Shown here: positions 1 through 9,756 of the stretch, piece after piece
Layout: each line of letters begins with the position of its first letter
Position numbering within the stretch: the stretch's first letter is position 1
Origin: an uncultured Candidatus Rokubacteria bacterium
Lineage (GTDB): Bacteria; Methylomirabilota; Methylomirabilia; Rokubacteriales; CSP1-6
Direction: 5' to 3'
DNA: 64,000 bases
NCBI GenBank assembly: GCA_963747235.1
Contig: CAVVEU010000004.1
Span: forward strand, 128,001-192,000
Notes under the pieces: model-generated
Databases searched by the model: none
The model's input: only the letters and a program-made list of their open reading frames with translations
Told to the model about the DNA's origin: nothing
Position numbers and translations under genes: made by a program

Positions 1-117
1 GACCTTGGCCTTGTCCTTGGTCTCTTCCATCTTGCTCTGCGCGCCCGCGGTGAGCGGAGCCGCCGCGAGAAGCGCGGTGAGAATCGTGGCCGTCGTCATC
101 GTCTTGCCGTACCGCAT
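1..117 (-). CDS. Secreted protein, N-terminal part (runs off window start)
   Basis: ATG at 117 preceded by AAGGAGG; translates MRYGKTMTTATILTALLAAAPLTAGAQSKMEETKDKAKV, a signal peptide (AGA|Q) then a charged stretch. Not in the ORF track because it is truncated. Confidence 0.75.
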   Translation of the reverse strand, partial: MRYGKTMTTATILTALLAAAPLTAGAQSKMEETKDKAKV

Positions 118-152
118 GGTTGCTTCCTCCTTGAAACGGGTTTGGTTGCTTC

Positions 153-359
153 TTACTTCGCTACCGGGGCGTCGTCGCTCGGACGCGAGCGCCCTTCCTC
201 GTCGAGCTGCACGGGCCGCCCCGCCCCGGCATCCCGGTCACTGCGCTCGCCATCGGGCTCCACGTTCCCCTTCCGCGGGCTGCGCACGTCGCGGTCCGGA
301 TCCTGAAGATCCTTCCGCCCGATGCGCGGCTCCCCGGTCGTCTTCGACTTGCGAGTCAT
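153..359 (-). CDS. Small hydrophilic, probably disordered protein (68 aa)
   Basis: AGGAGG RBS upstream of ATG; R/D/E/G/P-rich; sigma54 motif upstream at 415-430. Confidence 0.65.
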   Translation of the reverse strand: MTRKSKTTGEPRIGRKDLQDPDRDVRSPRKGNVEPDGERSDRDAGAGRPVQLDEEGRSRPSDDAPVAK

Positions 360-414
360 GGTGTCCTCCTGTGCGCTTCGTGATTGCTCTGGCTACCTGA
401 CGCGGTGGAAGGGG

Positions 415-430
415 AGCAAGCGGTATGCCA
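415..430 (-). promoter_or_regulatory. sigma54 -24/-12 promoter
   Basis: Minus strand reads TGGCATACCGCTTGCT (GG-N10-GC, near the TGGCAC-N5-TTGC consensus). Confidence 0.8.
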
Positions 431-554
431 CGGGGTAAAGCCACGAAGATGCACGCCGATCGGCGCTCGCGCGGGCAAGGCGCCGGCTCGGTCCGGTAAA
501 GAGTGCCGCGTAGTTTCTTCCGGCGCGGGAGACGCCCGAGACACGCCATTTCCC

Positions 555-570
555 TGGTCCCGAATGTGCA
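555..570 (+). promoter_or_regulatory. sigma54 -24/-12 promoter (weaker match)
   Basis: TGGTCCCGAATGTGCA, GG-N10-GC, 27 nt before ATG 598 which has a GGAGG RBS. Confidence 0.55.
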
Positions 571-597
571 GTCCGAGACAGACGGGAGGACACGACA

Positions 598-1131
598 ATG
601 AGTGAGGCGACGATGCGGTATGGGACGAGGCCGCGCGTGTCGCGGCGATCAGCTCACGCGCTGCGCGAGGGCATCACGGTGGGGCTCATCGGAGCCGCGA
701 TCGTGATGCTGTGGTTCTTCATCGTGGATCTGGCCGCGGGCGTGCCGCTCCGGACCCCCGCGCTCCTGGGGGCCGCGCTCTTCGACGGCGCGCGCCACGC
801 GGACGCGGTGACGCCCACCGCGCGCCTGGTGGTGAGTTACACCGCGCTGCACCTGGCCGGCTTCGTGGCCCTGGGGGTCGGGGTGGCGGGGCTCTTCGCG
901 CTCGCCGAGCGCGAGAAGCGCGTCCTCGCGCTGATCTTCATCTTCGGCTGCTGCCTCGCGGTGGTATTTCTCGCGATGGTCTACGTGCTCTCGCTCTGGC
1001 TCGGCCAGGCGGTGACGCCGGCGATCTTCCTCGCCGGGCATGTCCTGGGGTTCGTGTCGATGGTCGGCGCGCTCACGTATTTTCACGGGCGCCTGCTGCG
1101 CAGAATGCCCGAAGCCCTCGACGGCGAGTGA
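598..1131 (+). CDS. Hypothetical integral membrane protein (about 4 TM helices)
   Basis: GGGAGGA RBS; several hydrophobic segments; GC3-rich codon usage. Confidence 0.75.
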   Translation: MSEATMRYGTRPRVSRRSAHALREGITVGLIGAAIVMLWFFIVDLAAGVPLRTPALLGAALFDGARHADAVTPTARLVVSYTALHLAGFVALGVGVAGLFALAEREKRVLALIFIFGCCLAVVFLAMVYVLSLWLGQAVTPAIFLAGHVLGFVSMVGALTYFHGRLLRRMPEALDGE

Positions 1132-1201
1132 AGAGACGCGGGCTAGACGCTGAAGCCACGGGGAGCGTCCGCCGGACACGGACGTCCGCGGACGGGGGGA
1201 G

Positions 1202-1228
1202 TGCGGGGGCCATTTCTGGGCCCCCGCA
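1202..1228. terminator. GC-rich hairpin between convergent genes (terminator or REP-like)
   Basis: TGCGGGGGCC-ATTTCTG-GGCCCCCGCA, perfect 10-bp stem followed by TTT. Confidence 0.55.
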
Positions 1229-1303
1229 TTTCAACAGAGAAGCTATCCGGTGGTAAGACCTACCCGGTAGCTCCGACCCGATAGCCCTCCGCGCGGAACT
1301 GAC

Positions 1304-2669
1304 CTACGCGATCCACACCGCCTTGATATTCACGAACTCGCGGATGCCGTATTCGGAGAGCTCGCGGCCGTAGCCGGAGCGCTTGATGCCGCCGAAGGGC
1401 AGGCGCGGGTCGGACTTCACGATCCCGTTGACGAAGATCGCGCCCGCCTCGATCTGCACGGCGAGGCGCTCGGCGCGGGCGCGATCGGCCGTCCACAGCG
1501 CGGCGCCCAGGCCGTAGGGGGAGTCGTTGGCGAGGCGGATCGCGTCGGTCTCGTCCTTGGCCGCGATCACCGCGGCCACCGGGCCGAAGGTCTCCTCGTC
1601 GAAGGCGGGCATGCCCTTGTCCACCGCGGCCAGCAGCGTCGGCGGGTAGAAGGCGCCCTTGCCCGCGGGCACCTCGGCGCCCAGCATCCGCCGGGCCCCG
1701 CGCTTGATGGACTCGGTGACCTGCTTGTGGAGCTCGTCGCGCAGGTCCACGCGCGCCTGGGGCCCGACCTGCGTGTCGCGGGACGTCGGATCGCCCATGC
1801 GCCGCGCGCCCAGCTCCGACTTGAAGCGCTCGAGGAACCGGTCCACCACCGGCTCCACCACGATGAAGCGCTTGGCCGCGATGCAGCTCTGGCCGCTGTT
1901 GATCAGGCGCGCGTCCGCCGCCGCTCGGGCCGCCGCGTCCACATCGGCGTCGGCCAGCACGATGAAGGGATCGCTCCCGCCCAGCTCGAGCACCGTCTTC
2001 TTCAGCATGCGGCCCGCCTGCTCGGCGACCGCCATGCCCGCGCGCTCGCTGCCGGTGAGCGTGGCCGCGACGATGCGCGGGTCGGCGATGATCTCCTTCA
2101 CGCCCGCCGCGTTCGTGAGCACGGTCTGGAAGAGCCCCTCGGGGAAGCCGGCGCGGCGGAACACCTGCTCGATCTGGAGCGCGCAGCGCGGAACGTTCGA
2201 GGCGTGCTTGAGGATGCCGCCGTTGCCCGCCATGAGGGCCGGCGCCGCGAAACGGAAGACCTGCCAGTAGGGGAAGTTCCACGGCATCACGGCCAGCACC
2301 ACCCCGAGCGGGTCGAAGCGGACATAGCTCCGGGTCGCGTCGGTCTCCCGCGGCTGCTGCGGCCAGGAACGCCTCCGCGTGCTCGGCGTAGTAGTCGCAG
2401 GTGCCCGCGCTCTTCTCCACCTCGGCTTCCGCCTGGGTGATGGGCTTGCCCATCTCCCGGGTCATGGTCATGGCGTATTCCGCCTTGTTCGCGCGGAGCT
2501 CCCTGGCGGCGGCCCGCATCAGCCGGGCCCGATCGGCGAACGGCCGGGTGCGCCATTCGAGGAAGGCGGCGTGCGTCCGCGCCAGGGCCTGCTCGATCTG
2601 GGTCTTCGACATCTCCTCGATCGTCTCGAGGATCTCGCCGGTGGCCGGATTGACGGATTGAACGCTCAT
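1304..2669 (-). CDS. NAD(P)-dependent succinate-semialdehyde dehydrogenase family aldehyde dehydrogenase (frameshift near 2355)
   Basis: MSVQSVNPATGE start after AGGAGG; motifs MPWNFP, TLTGSERAG, LELGGSDPF, NSGQSCIA, EETFGP, PFGGIKRSGYGRELS in two joined frames. Confidence 0.9.
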
Positions 2670-2754
2670 GACGTCCTCCTGTCTCATCATCGTGCGCCCG
2701 ACAAGGACGCGCGGCAAGCGATGCCCGGGCGTAGACTGCGAGTGGAGGTGGCCG

Positions 2755-4389
2755 ATGAAAGCATCCGAGCTGATCGCCCGGTGTCTCGAGAACGAGGGCG
2801 TCAAGTACGTGTTCGGGGTCCCCGGCGAGGAGATCCTCGACATCGTGGACTCCATGATCGACTCGAGCGTGCGCTTCATCCCCACCCGGCACGAGCAGGG
2901 CGCCGCGTTCATGGCCGATGCCTACGGGCGGCTCACCGGCCGCGCGGGCGTCTGCCTCGCCACGCTGGGCCCCGGCGCCACCAACCTGGCCACCGGGGTG
3001 GCCGACGCCAACCTCGACCACGCGCCCCTCGTGGCGATCACCGGGCAGGCGGGCCGCGACCGCGTCCACAAGGAGTCGCACCAGTACGTGGACATCGTCG
3101 AGCTCATGCGCCCGCTCACCAAGTGGAACACGCGCACCGAGATGCCGGTGGTGATCCCCGAGGTCATCCGCAAGGCCTTCAAGGTGGCGGAGGCCGAGAA
3201 GCCGGGCGCCTGCCACATCGAGGTGCCGGAGGACGTGGCGGAGGAGATGGCCGAGGGCGAGCCGCTCTCGCCCGAGCGGCCGCGGCGCCCGTCGCCGGAC
3301 GGTCCGGCGCTGCGGTCGGCCGCGCAGCTCATCGAGGCCGCGTCGTTCCCGCTCATCTTCGCGGGCAACGGAGTGATCCGCGGCGGCGCCTCCAAGGAGC
3401 TGCGCGACTTCTCCCGCGCCCACGGCATCCCGGTGGTCAACACCTTCATGGCGAAGGGGTGCATGCCGTACGACGATCCCCTCGCGCTGCTCACCGCCGG
3501 GCTGCAGGCGCGCGACTACATCTCCTGCGGCTTCGAGAAGGCGGACCTGATCATCGCGGTGGGCTACGACGTGGTCGAGTACGCGCCCAAGTTCTGGAAC
3601 CCGGAGCGCAAGAAGCACATCATCCACATCGACTTCACCCCCGCCGAGGTGGACAGCCACTATCAGCCGGCGGTCGAGGTGGTGGCGGACGTGCGCGAGG
3701 CGCTCGAGCTGCTCAACGGGCTCGTGAAGGGGCAGAAGGATCCCGCGCCCTATCGCGAGCTGCGGCGCTTCATCCTCGAGCAGCTCGCGGAGGGCGCGGA
3801 CGACGATACCTTCCCGATCAAGCCGCAGCGCATCCTGCGCGACCTGCGGCGGGCGATGGGGCGCGAGGACATCCTGATCTCGGACGTGGGCAGCCACAAG
3901 CTGTGGATCGCGCGCACCTTCCCGGCCTACGAGCCGAACAGCGTGCTCATCTCCAACGGCCTCGCCGCGATGGGCTTCGCGCTGCCCGCGGCGGTGGCGG
4001 CCAAGCTCGTGCACCCGGACCGCAAGGTGGTGGCGGTGAGCGGCGACGGCGGGTTCCTCATGAACGTCCAGGAGCTCGAGACCGCCAAGCGCCTGAATCT
4101 CGCCATCGTCAACGTGATCTTCCGCGACGGCGGCTACAACCTCATCCAGTGGAAGCAGCAGACGCGCCTCGGCCGCGAGTCGGGCGTGGAGTTCACCAAC
4201 CCGGACTTCGTGACGCTGGCCCAGGCCTTCGGCGCCAAGGGCTTCCGGGTGGAGTCCGCGCGGGGCCTGGCCCCGGTCCTCGCGGAGGCGCTCGCGTGGC
4301 CGGGCCCGTCCATCGTGGACGTGCCGGTGGACTACCGGGAGAACCCGAAGCTGACCGAGCGCCTCGGTCAGCTCGTCTGCCCGATCTGA
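2755..4389 (+). CDS. Acetolactate synthase large subunit-like ThDP enzyme
   Basis: MKASELIARCLENEGV, FGVPGEE, RHEQGAAFMA, ThDP motif GDGGFLMN; GGAGG RBS; no small subunit adjacent. Confidence 0.9.
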   Translation: MKASELIARCLENEGVKYVFGVPGEEILDIVDSMIDSSVRFIPTRHEQGAAFMADAYGRLTGRAGVCLATLGPGATNLATGVADANLDHAPLVAITGQAGRDRVHKESHQYVDIVELMRPLTKWNTRTEMPVVIPEVIRKAFKVAEAEKPGACHIEVPEDVAEEMAEGEPLSPERPRRPSPDGPALRSAAQLIEAASFPLIFAGNGVIRGGASKELRDFSRAHGIPVVNTFMAKGCMPYDDPLALLTAGLQARDYISCGFEKADLIIAVGYDVVEYAPKFWNPERKKHIIHIDFTPAEVDSHYQPAVEVVADVREALELLNGLVKGQKDPAPYRELRRFILEQLAEGADDDTFPIKPQRILRDLRRAMGREDILISDVGSHKLWIARTFPAYEPNSVLISNGLAAMGFALPAAVAAKLVHPDRKVVAVSGDGGFLMNVQELETAKRLNLAIVNVIFRDGGYNLIQWKQQTRLGRESGVEFTNPDFVTLAQAFGAKGFRVESARGLAPVLAEALAWPGPSIVDVPVDYRENPKLTERLGQLVCPI

Positions 4390-4405
4390 CGGCACGCGCC
4401 TTGCT
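4390..4405 (+). promoter_or_regulatory. sigma54 -24/-12 promoter
   Basis: CGGCACGCGCCTTGCT, GG-N10-GC, 12 nt before GTG 4418. Confidence 0.75.
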
Positions 4406-4417
4406 GTACCCCGGACC

Positions 4418-5292
4418 GTGAGACCTGTCTGGGGGCTGGTGAAGCGCGCCGCGATCAAGTGGAACCGCGACGACTGCCTGACGCTCGGGGCCGCGCTCGC
4501 CTACTACACGGTCTTCTCGCTCGCCCCCATCCTGGTCATCGCGATCGCGGTGGCCGGCGCGCTGTTCGGCGAGGAGGCGGCCCAGGGCGAGATCGTCGGC
4601 CAGATCCGGACCCTGGTCGGAGAGGAAGGCGCCACCGCGATCCAGTCGCTGATCGAGAGCGCCGGCCGCCAGGACGCCGGCGCGCTCGCCACCTCATCGG
4701 GCTCGCGGTCCTGCTCTTCGGCTCGACCAGCGCGTTCAGCCAGCTCCAGTCGGCGCTGAACACGATCTGGGAGGTGGAGGCCGAGACCCACAGCGGGATC
4801 TGGGACATGGTCCGGGCCCGCTTCCTGTCGTTCACGGCGGTGCTGGGCACCGGCTTCCTGCTGAGCGTCTCGCTGGTGCTGAGCGCCGCGGGCGCCGCCT
4901 TCGGCCGCTACGGCTGGGGCTGGATGCCCGCGATCGGCCGCATGCTCGAGCTGGCCGACTTCCTCGGGTCCATGCTGGTGCACACCCTGCTCTTCGCGAT
5001 GATCTTCAAGCTGCTGCCCGACGCGGCGATCCGGTGGCGCGACGTGTGGGTGGGCGCCGGCGTCACCGCCGGGCTCTTCTTCGTCGGCAAGCTGGCGATC
5101 GGCCTGTACCTCGGCACCAGCGAGGTGGGGGCGGCCTACGGCGCGGCGGGCTGGGTCATCCTCATCCTCGCCTGGGTCTACTACTCGGCCCAGATCGTGC
5201 TCTTCGGCGCCGAGTTCACCCGCGCCTTCGCCACGCGTCAGAAAAGCCGCTCCTCCTCTCCCCCTCTCCCCTCTGGGGAGAGGGCAGGGTGA
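4418..5292 (+). CDS. YihY/virulence factor BrkB family membrane protein (frameshift near 4690)
   Basis: GAALAYYTVFSLAP, LQSALNTIW, YGAAG...WVYYSAQIVLFGAEF motifs across two frames. Confidence 0.9.
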
Positions 5293-5296
5293 GGGG
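5262..5296. repeat. REP-like palindromic element
   Basis: CCCTCTCCCC-TCT-GGGGAGAGGG-CAGGGTGAGGGG between convergent genes; degenerate second copy at 22130-22173. Confidence 0.75.
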
Positions 5297-5297
5297 T

Positions 5298-6062
5298 CTA
5301 CATCTCCACGATCCCGTCACCGACCTTCTTGAGCCGCTCGAGCACCAGCGGGTCGTGGCCGGGCAGCACCAGGTCCTCCGACGACGCCAGCGAGCGGATC
5401 TTCTCGAAGGCCGAGTACATGCGTGGCAGATCCTGGAGGGTGTTGAACGGGATGCGCTCCTCGAAGTTGCGATAGTAGTGCGAGGCGTCGGAGGCCACCA
5501 CCGCCTGGCCCCGCGCGTGCGCCACCGAGACGATCTGCATGCCCGCGGTGTGGCCGCCCACGTGGTGCACCGCGATGCCGGGCACGATCTCGCGTGAGCC
5601 GTCCACGAACTGCATGCGCTTGTCGTAGTTGAGGCGGATGAGCGCGCACACGTCGTCCACCTCGACCGAGTGGCGGAAGGCGGGGAGGGCCGCGTTGCGG
5701 CCGGTGTAGAACGCCATCTCGGAGTCCTGCACGTAGAAGGTGGCGTTGGGGAAGAGCGCGTAGTTGCCCACGTGGTCGTAGTGGAAGTGGCTCAGGATCA
5801 CGTGCTTGACCGAGGCCGCCTCCACGCCGATCTCGGCCAGGCCCTTGCCCGGGCAGCGCAGGAACTGGCGGCCCCGCCGCGTGCCGACGTCTTCCGTGAA
5901 GCCGAGGTCCACCACCACCGTCTCGGTGCCGTTGGTGAGCGCCCACACGAAGTAGTCCATCGTCATGGGGCCCTTGTGGTAGTCGCCGTAGAACGCCTCC
6001 GAGGTGGTGCAGGTGCGGTGGGCGTAGCGCACGGCGTAGATGCGGTAGGGCGCATTGGGCAT
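5298..6062 (-). CDS. Metallo-beta-lactamase fold hydrolase, N-acyl-homoserine lactonase-like family
   Basis: HFHYDH metal motif, GGHTAG, SDASH, PGHD. Confidence 0.85.
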   Translation of the reverse strand: MPNAPYRIYAVRYAHRTCTTSEAFYGDYHKGPMTMDYFVWALTNGTETVVVDLGFTEDVGTRRGRQFLRCPGKGLAEIGVEAASVKHVILSHFHYDHVGNYALFPNATFYVQDSEMAFYTGRNAALPAFRHSVEVDDVCALIRLNYDKRMQFVDGSREIVPGIAVHHVGGHTAGMQIVSVAHARGQAVVASDASHYYRNFEERIPFNTLQDLPRMYSAFEKIRSLASSEDLVLPGHDPLVLERLKKVGDGIVEM

Positions 6063-6162
6063 GGTCAAGTCTCCTTTCCCGTGGCAGGATTCTACGCGTT
6101 TCCCAGTTGACACGGAAGGCCCACTTGAACACGCACGACCGCTCTCACGAGGAGGAGCCCGC

Positions 6163-6495
6163 ATGACCCTAGCCGCCGCGGTATCGACGTCTCGCAACGA
6201 GGTTCGCACGGTCGCTCCCAGGCTCATCGAGCTGACCGAGACCCTGGTCTATCCCGACATCTGGGAGCGCCCCGGTCTTTCCAAGCGCGACCGGAGCCTC
6301 ATCACGGTGGCGGCCCTGATGGCGATGTACCGTCCCGATCAGCTCAAGGGCCACACCGAGCGGGCCCTCGCCAACGGCGTCACCAAGGAGGAGATCGGCG
6401 AGCTCATCACCCATCTGGCGTTCTACGCGGGCTGGCCCAGCGCGATGTCGGCGGCCAAGATCGTGAAACAGGTCTACGAGGAGAACAAGGTATGA
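6163..6495 (+). CDS. Carboxymuconolactone decarboxylase (AhpD-like) family protein
   Basis: IWERPGLSKRDRSLITVAAL...HLAFYAGWP; AGGAGG RBS. Confidence 0.9.
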   Translation: MTLAAAVSTSRNEVRTVAPRLIELTETLVYPDIWERPGLSKRDRSLITVAALMAMYRPDQLKGHTERALANGVTKEEIGELITHLAFYAGWPSAMSAAKIVKQVYEENKV

Positions 6496-7424
6496 AGGTC
6501 GGGTTCATCGGGCTGGGCACCATGGGCGCCAGCATGGCGTCCAATCTCCAGGCGGGCGGGCACGAGCTCTCGGTGAGCGACGTGCGGCGCGAGGCGGCGG
6601 CGGCGCATCTGAAGGCGGGCGCGACCTGGAAGGACACGCCGCGGCAGGTGGCGGAGGGCGTGGAGGTCGTCTTCACCTCGCTCCCCGGGCCGAAGGAAGT
6701 GGAGCAGGTCGCCCTCGGGCCGGACGGGCTGATCCACGGCATGAAGAAGGGCGCGGCCTACTTCGATCTGAGCACGAACTCACCCGCGCTGATGCGCCGG
6801 CTCTACCCCGCGTTCAAGGAGAAGGGCATCCACGTGCTCGACGCGCCGGTGAGCGGCGGGCCCAAGGGCGCCAAGTCGCGGAAGCTCGCGCTGTGGATCG
6901 GCGGCGACCGCGAGGTCTACGATCGCTTCAAGCCGGTGCTGGACGCCATCGGGGATCAGCCCTACTACGTGGGGCCGATCGGGGCGGGCTCGGTGGCCAA
7001 GCTGGTGCACAACTGCGCGGGGTACGCGGTGCAGACCGCGCTGGCCGAGGTCTTCACGATGGGGGTGAAGGGCGGGGTGGACGCGCTCACGCTCTGGAAG
7101 GCGGTGCGGCAGGGCGCGGGCGGCCGGCGGCGCACCTTCGACGGGCTGGCCGACCAGTTCCTGCCCGGCGTCTTCGACCCGCCCGCGTTCAGCCTGCGGC
7201 TGAGCCACAAGGACGTCTCGCTGGCCGTCGCCCTCGGCCGGGAGCTGGGCGTGCCGATGCGGATGGCCAATCTCGCGCTGGAGGAGCTGACCGAGGCGAT
7301 CAACCGCGGCTGGAGCGAGCGGGACTCGCGCGTGGCCATGCTGCTGCAGGAGGAGCGGGCGGGGGTGAAGATCGCGGTGCCCGTCGAGCAGATCCGGGAG
7401 GTGCTGGAGAAAGACGGCCGCTAG
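6492..7424 (+). CDS. 3-hydroxyisobutyrate / beta-hydroxyacid dehydrogenase family oxidoreductase
   Basis: GFIGLGTMG Rossmann motif, DAPVSGG, AKLVHN. Confidence 0.9.
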   Translation: MKVGFIGLGTMGASMASNLQAGGHELSVSDVRREAAAAHLKAGATWKDTPRQVAEGVEVVFTSLPGPKEVEQVALGPDGLIHGMKKGAAYFDLSTNSPALMRRLYPAFKEKGIHVLDAPVSGGPKGAKSRKLALWIGGDREVYDRFKPVLDAIGDQPYYVGPIGAGSVAKLVHNCAGYAVQTALAEVFTMGVKGGVDALTLWKAVRQGAGGRRRTFDGLADQFLPGVFDPPAFSLRLSHKDVSLAVALGRELGVPMRMANLALEELTEAINRGWSERDSRVAMLLQEERAGVKIAVPVEQIREVLEKDGR

Positions 7425-8113
7425 GGCTCGCGGAAGAAGAGGGGCTCGATCCTCGAGAGGTCCTTCGAGATCGCCATGGTGAGGAGGTCGGCGAAGCTCT
7501 GAAGGATGATGAGGGCGTTGAGGTCTGCGTCGTTCTGGACCACGCCCTGGATGCGCGCGAGGATGCCGTCGTTCACCTGCTGGATGTTCTCGTAGTGCGT
7601 CTCGAGCTGCTCGAGGCCGAGATCGGGCGCCCCCCCGCGCTTGGCCACGAAGTACTGCTTCAGGAGGTACAGGGAGACCGACCGCACGATGGTCTCCTCC
7701 ACGCTGGAGAACGGCAGGTGGAAGCGGGCCATCGGCTTGAGGAAGTCCATGTAGGGGCATGAGCTGGTGGCCATGACGAGGCCGAAGATGCCGAAGATGC
7801 CCCGCTGCAGCGGGAGCTGCTTGACGTAGGTCCGCTCCTCCGTCGTCACCGTGACCGTGGCCTCGGCCACCGAGGCCTTGTCCTTGAAGAACTCCACGAC
7901 GCTCGACAGGTTGGTGGCCACCGGGCAGTAGGGGTGCTCGGCCGGTTCTAGCGGGCAATGCCCGCATTGGTGGTTCTCGAGCCGCGCCCACGCGGGCGGC
8001 CGCTCGGTCACGGAGGGGTGGTAAGACAGCGTGGCGCGGTCCAGCTCCACGGTGTAGGCCTTGGAGCCCCCGTCCGGAAACGCGAAGTCGTAGACGATCT
8101 TGATGGGGTTCAC
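7421..8113 (-). CDS. Cys-containing conserved hypothetical protein (DUF6901-like)
   Basis: WARLENHQCGHCPL, CPVA, GLVMATSSCP, LKPMARFHLPF; TTGACG-18-TACCCT promoter upstream on the minus strand. Confidence 0.7.
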   Translation of the reverse strand: MNPIKIVYDFAFPDGGSKAYTVELDRATLSYHPSVTERPPAWARLENHQCGHCPLEPAEHPYCPVATNLSSVVEFFKDKASVAEATVTVTTEERTYVKQLPLQRGIFGIFGLVMATSSCPYMDFLKPMARFHLPFSSVEETIVRSVSLYLLKQYFVAKRGGAPDLGLEQLETHYENIQQVNDGILARIQGVVQNDADLNALIILQSFADLLTMAISKDLSRIEPLFFREP

Positions 8114-8202
8114 TGGTTACCGCGAGGGTAGCGAGCCGGGGGCGGCTCCGTCAATAAATCAATCTGGTCGGGGCCTTGCGGGCCGCGTGCTATCGTGGGC
8201 CC

Positions 8203-8841
8203 GTGGCGTCCGTTCCCGAGCCTCCGGCCGTCGGCCAGCCGGCGCCGCTCTTCAGCTTGACCTCGGTGCAGGGCGAGCCCGTGGAGCTCGCGGCGTATCG
8301 CGGGCGCCGCAACGTCGTGGTCTGGTTCTCCCGGGGCTTCACCTGCCCGTTCTGTCGCGTCTACATGGACGGCATGCGCGAGGGCTATGAGCTCCTCCAG
8401 GCCGCCGACGCCGAGATCATCCAGGTCGGCCCCAACCTGCTGCAGTCGGCCCGCATCTTCTTCGGCCACAGCCCGACGCCCTACCCCTTCGTCTGCGATC
8501 CCGACAAGCGGCTCTTCGCGGTCTACGGGCTCGGCGACCGGGGCGCCCTCGAGGCGACCCGCTCGGCGGTGGTGAGCTTCTCGTACGCGTTCACCCATGG
8601 GGACACGGGGCCCCAGCTCCGGGGCGCCTGGCTCGACGTCATGAACCGGAACTTCGTCCGCCGGCTGCACCACCACGCCATGACCGCCATGGAGCAGGGG
8701 ATCTTCCTGGTCGACCGGGAGGGCGTCATCCGCCACCGCTCGGTGGTCGGGCCTCTCGACCCGGTCCCCCGGGGCGACAGCCTGGCCGACCTGGTCCGGA
8801 CCCACTGCACCGCCGGCCCCGTAGATCCGCCGCGGCCGTAG
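8203..8841 (+). CDS. AhpC/TSA redoxin-family thioredoxin-fold protein
   Basis: VGQPAPLFSL, WFSRGFTCPFC (CxxC), CDPDKRLFAVYGL, FLVDREGVIR. Confidence 0.85.
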   Translation: MASVPEPPAVGQPAPLFSLTSVQGEPVELAAYRGRRNVVVWFSRGFTCPFCRVYMDGMREGYELLQAADAEIIQVGPNLLQSARIFFGHSPTPYPFVCDPDKRLFAVYGLGDRGALEATRSAVVSFSYAFTHGDTGPQLRGAWLDVMNRNFVRRLHHHAMTAMEQGIFLVDREGVIRHRSVVGPLDPVPRGDSLADLVRTHCTAGPVDPPRP

Positions 8842-8919
8842 TTCAGGCAGGGATCAACATGTCGGGGGGGCTTGGGCATTGAAATACTACCGGCAGTGTC
8901 GTATGACTTGAGACGACCG

Positions 8920-9756
8920 ATGCCTGCTTTCGACATCGACTCCTACGTCGGGCGCTCGAGGGCGGTGGACCTTGCGGCCATCGACTGGGCCGCGGTCCCA
9001 CGGTATCCCGTGCCTCCCGAGGCCCTCCGCACCATGCGCTTCATGCAGGACATCGAGAGCCACACCATCATCTACCTGCGCGCCCTGCTGGCCACCCGCG
9101 CCATCGACGACCCGGACGTCGCCACCTTCCTGGCCTGCTGGGTCTACGAGGAGACCTTCCACGGCCTGGCCCTCCAGCGCTTCCTGCAAGCGGCCGGCAC
9201 GCCGGTGGGCGAGCGTCCGCTGCCCCGCGGGCAGGAGCCCTGGCCGAAGCGCATCGAGGCGGCGGCGACCGCGATGGTGTCGAAGGCCTGGCCCAGCTTC
9301 TGCGCGGTGCACATGACCTGGGGCGCGATCAACGAGCTGACCACGCTCACCGGCTATCGGCGCCTGGCCGCGCTCACCGATCACCCGGTGCTCGCGGATC
9401 TGCTCGAGCGGATCGCGCTCGACGAATCGCGGCACTTCTTCTTCTACTACCGCCAGGCCGAGCTCCGCCTGCGGCGCCGCGGGGTCGCGCGGACCGCGCG
9501 CTTCCTGGTGGACCGGTTCTGGGCCCCGGTGGGCAGCGGGGTCCAGCCCGACGCCGAGCTGCGCTTCCTGGCCACCTATCTCTTCGGCGGGCCGGAGGGG
9601 CTGGCCGCGGCGCGAAAGGTGGACGAGACGATCCGGCGCCTGCCCGGTTTCGAGACGGTGCAGCTCCTCGAGTCCTGGATGGACCGGCACGCCGGGGGGC
9701 CCGCCGGCGCTCCCGCGGGGCCACAAGGAGGACCCAATGGCAACGGCAACCACTGA
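8920..9756 (+). CDS. Ferritin-like diiron protein, acyl-ACP desaturase-like
   Basis: Carboxylate/His ligand pattern DIESHT...WVYEETFHG...INELTT..Y...DESRH (two ExxH motifs). Confidence 0.8.
   Translation: MPAFDIDSYVGRSRAVDLAAIDWAAVPRYPVPPEALRTMRFMQDIESHTIIYLRALLATRAIDDPDVATFLACWVYEETFHGLALQRFLQAAGTPVGERPLPRGQEPWPKRIEAAATAMVSKAWPSFCAVHMTWGAINELTTLTGYRRLAALTDHPVLADLLERIALDESRHFFFYYRQAELRLRRRGVARTARFLVDRFWAPVGSGVQPDAELRFLATYLFGGPEGLAAARKVDETIRRLPGFETVQLLESWMDRHAGGPAGAPAGPQGGPNGNGNH

Noticed and set aside
2712-2728. sigma54-like motif upstream of the aldehyde dehydrogenase
   Set aside because: GG to GC spacing is 9 nt rather than the required 10.
5298-6062. Quorum-quenching lactonase
   Set aside because: Only family-level motifs are visible; these hydrolases are common in catabolic clusters and no LuxI/LuxR context is present.
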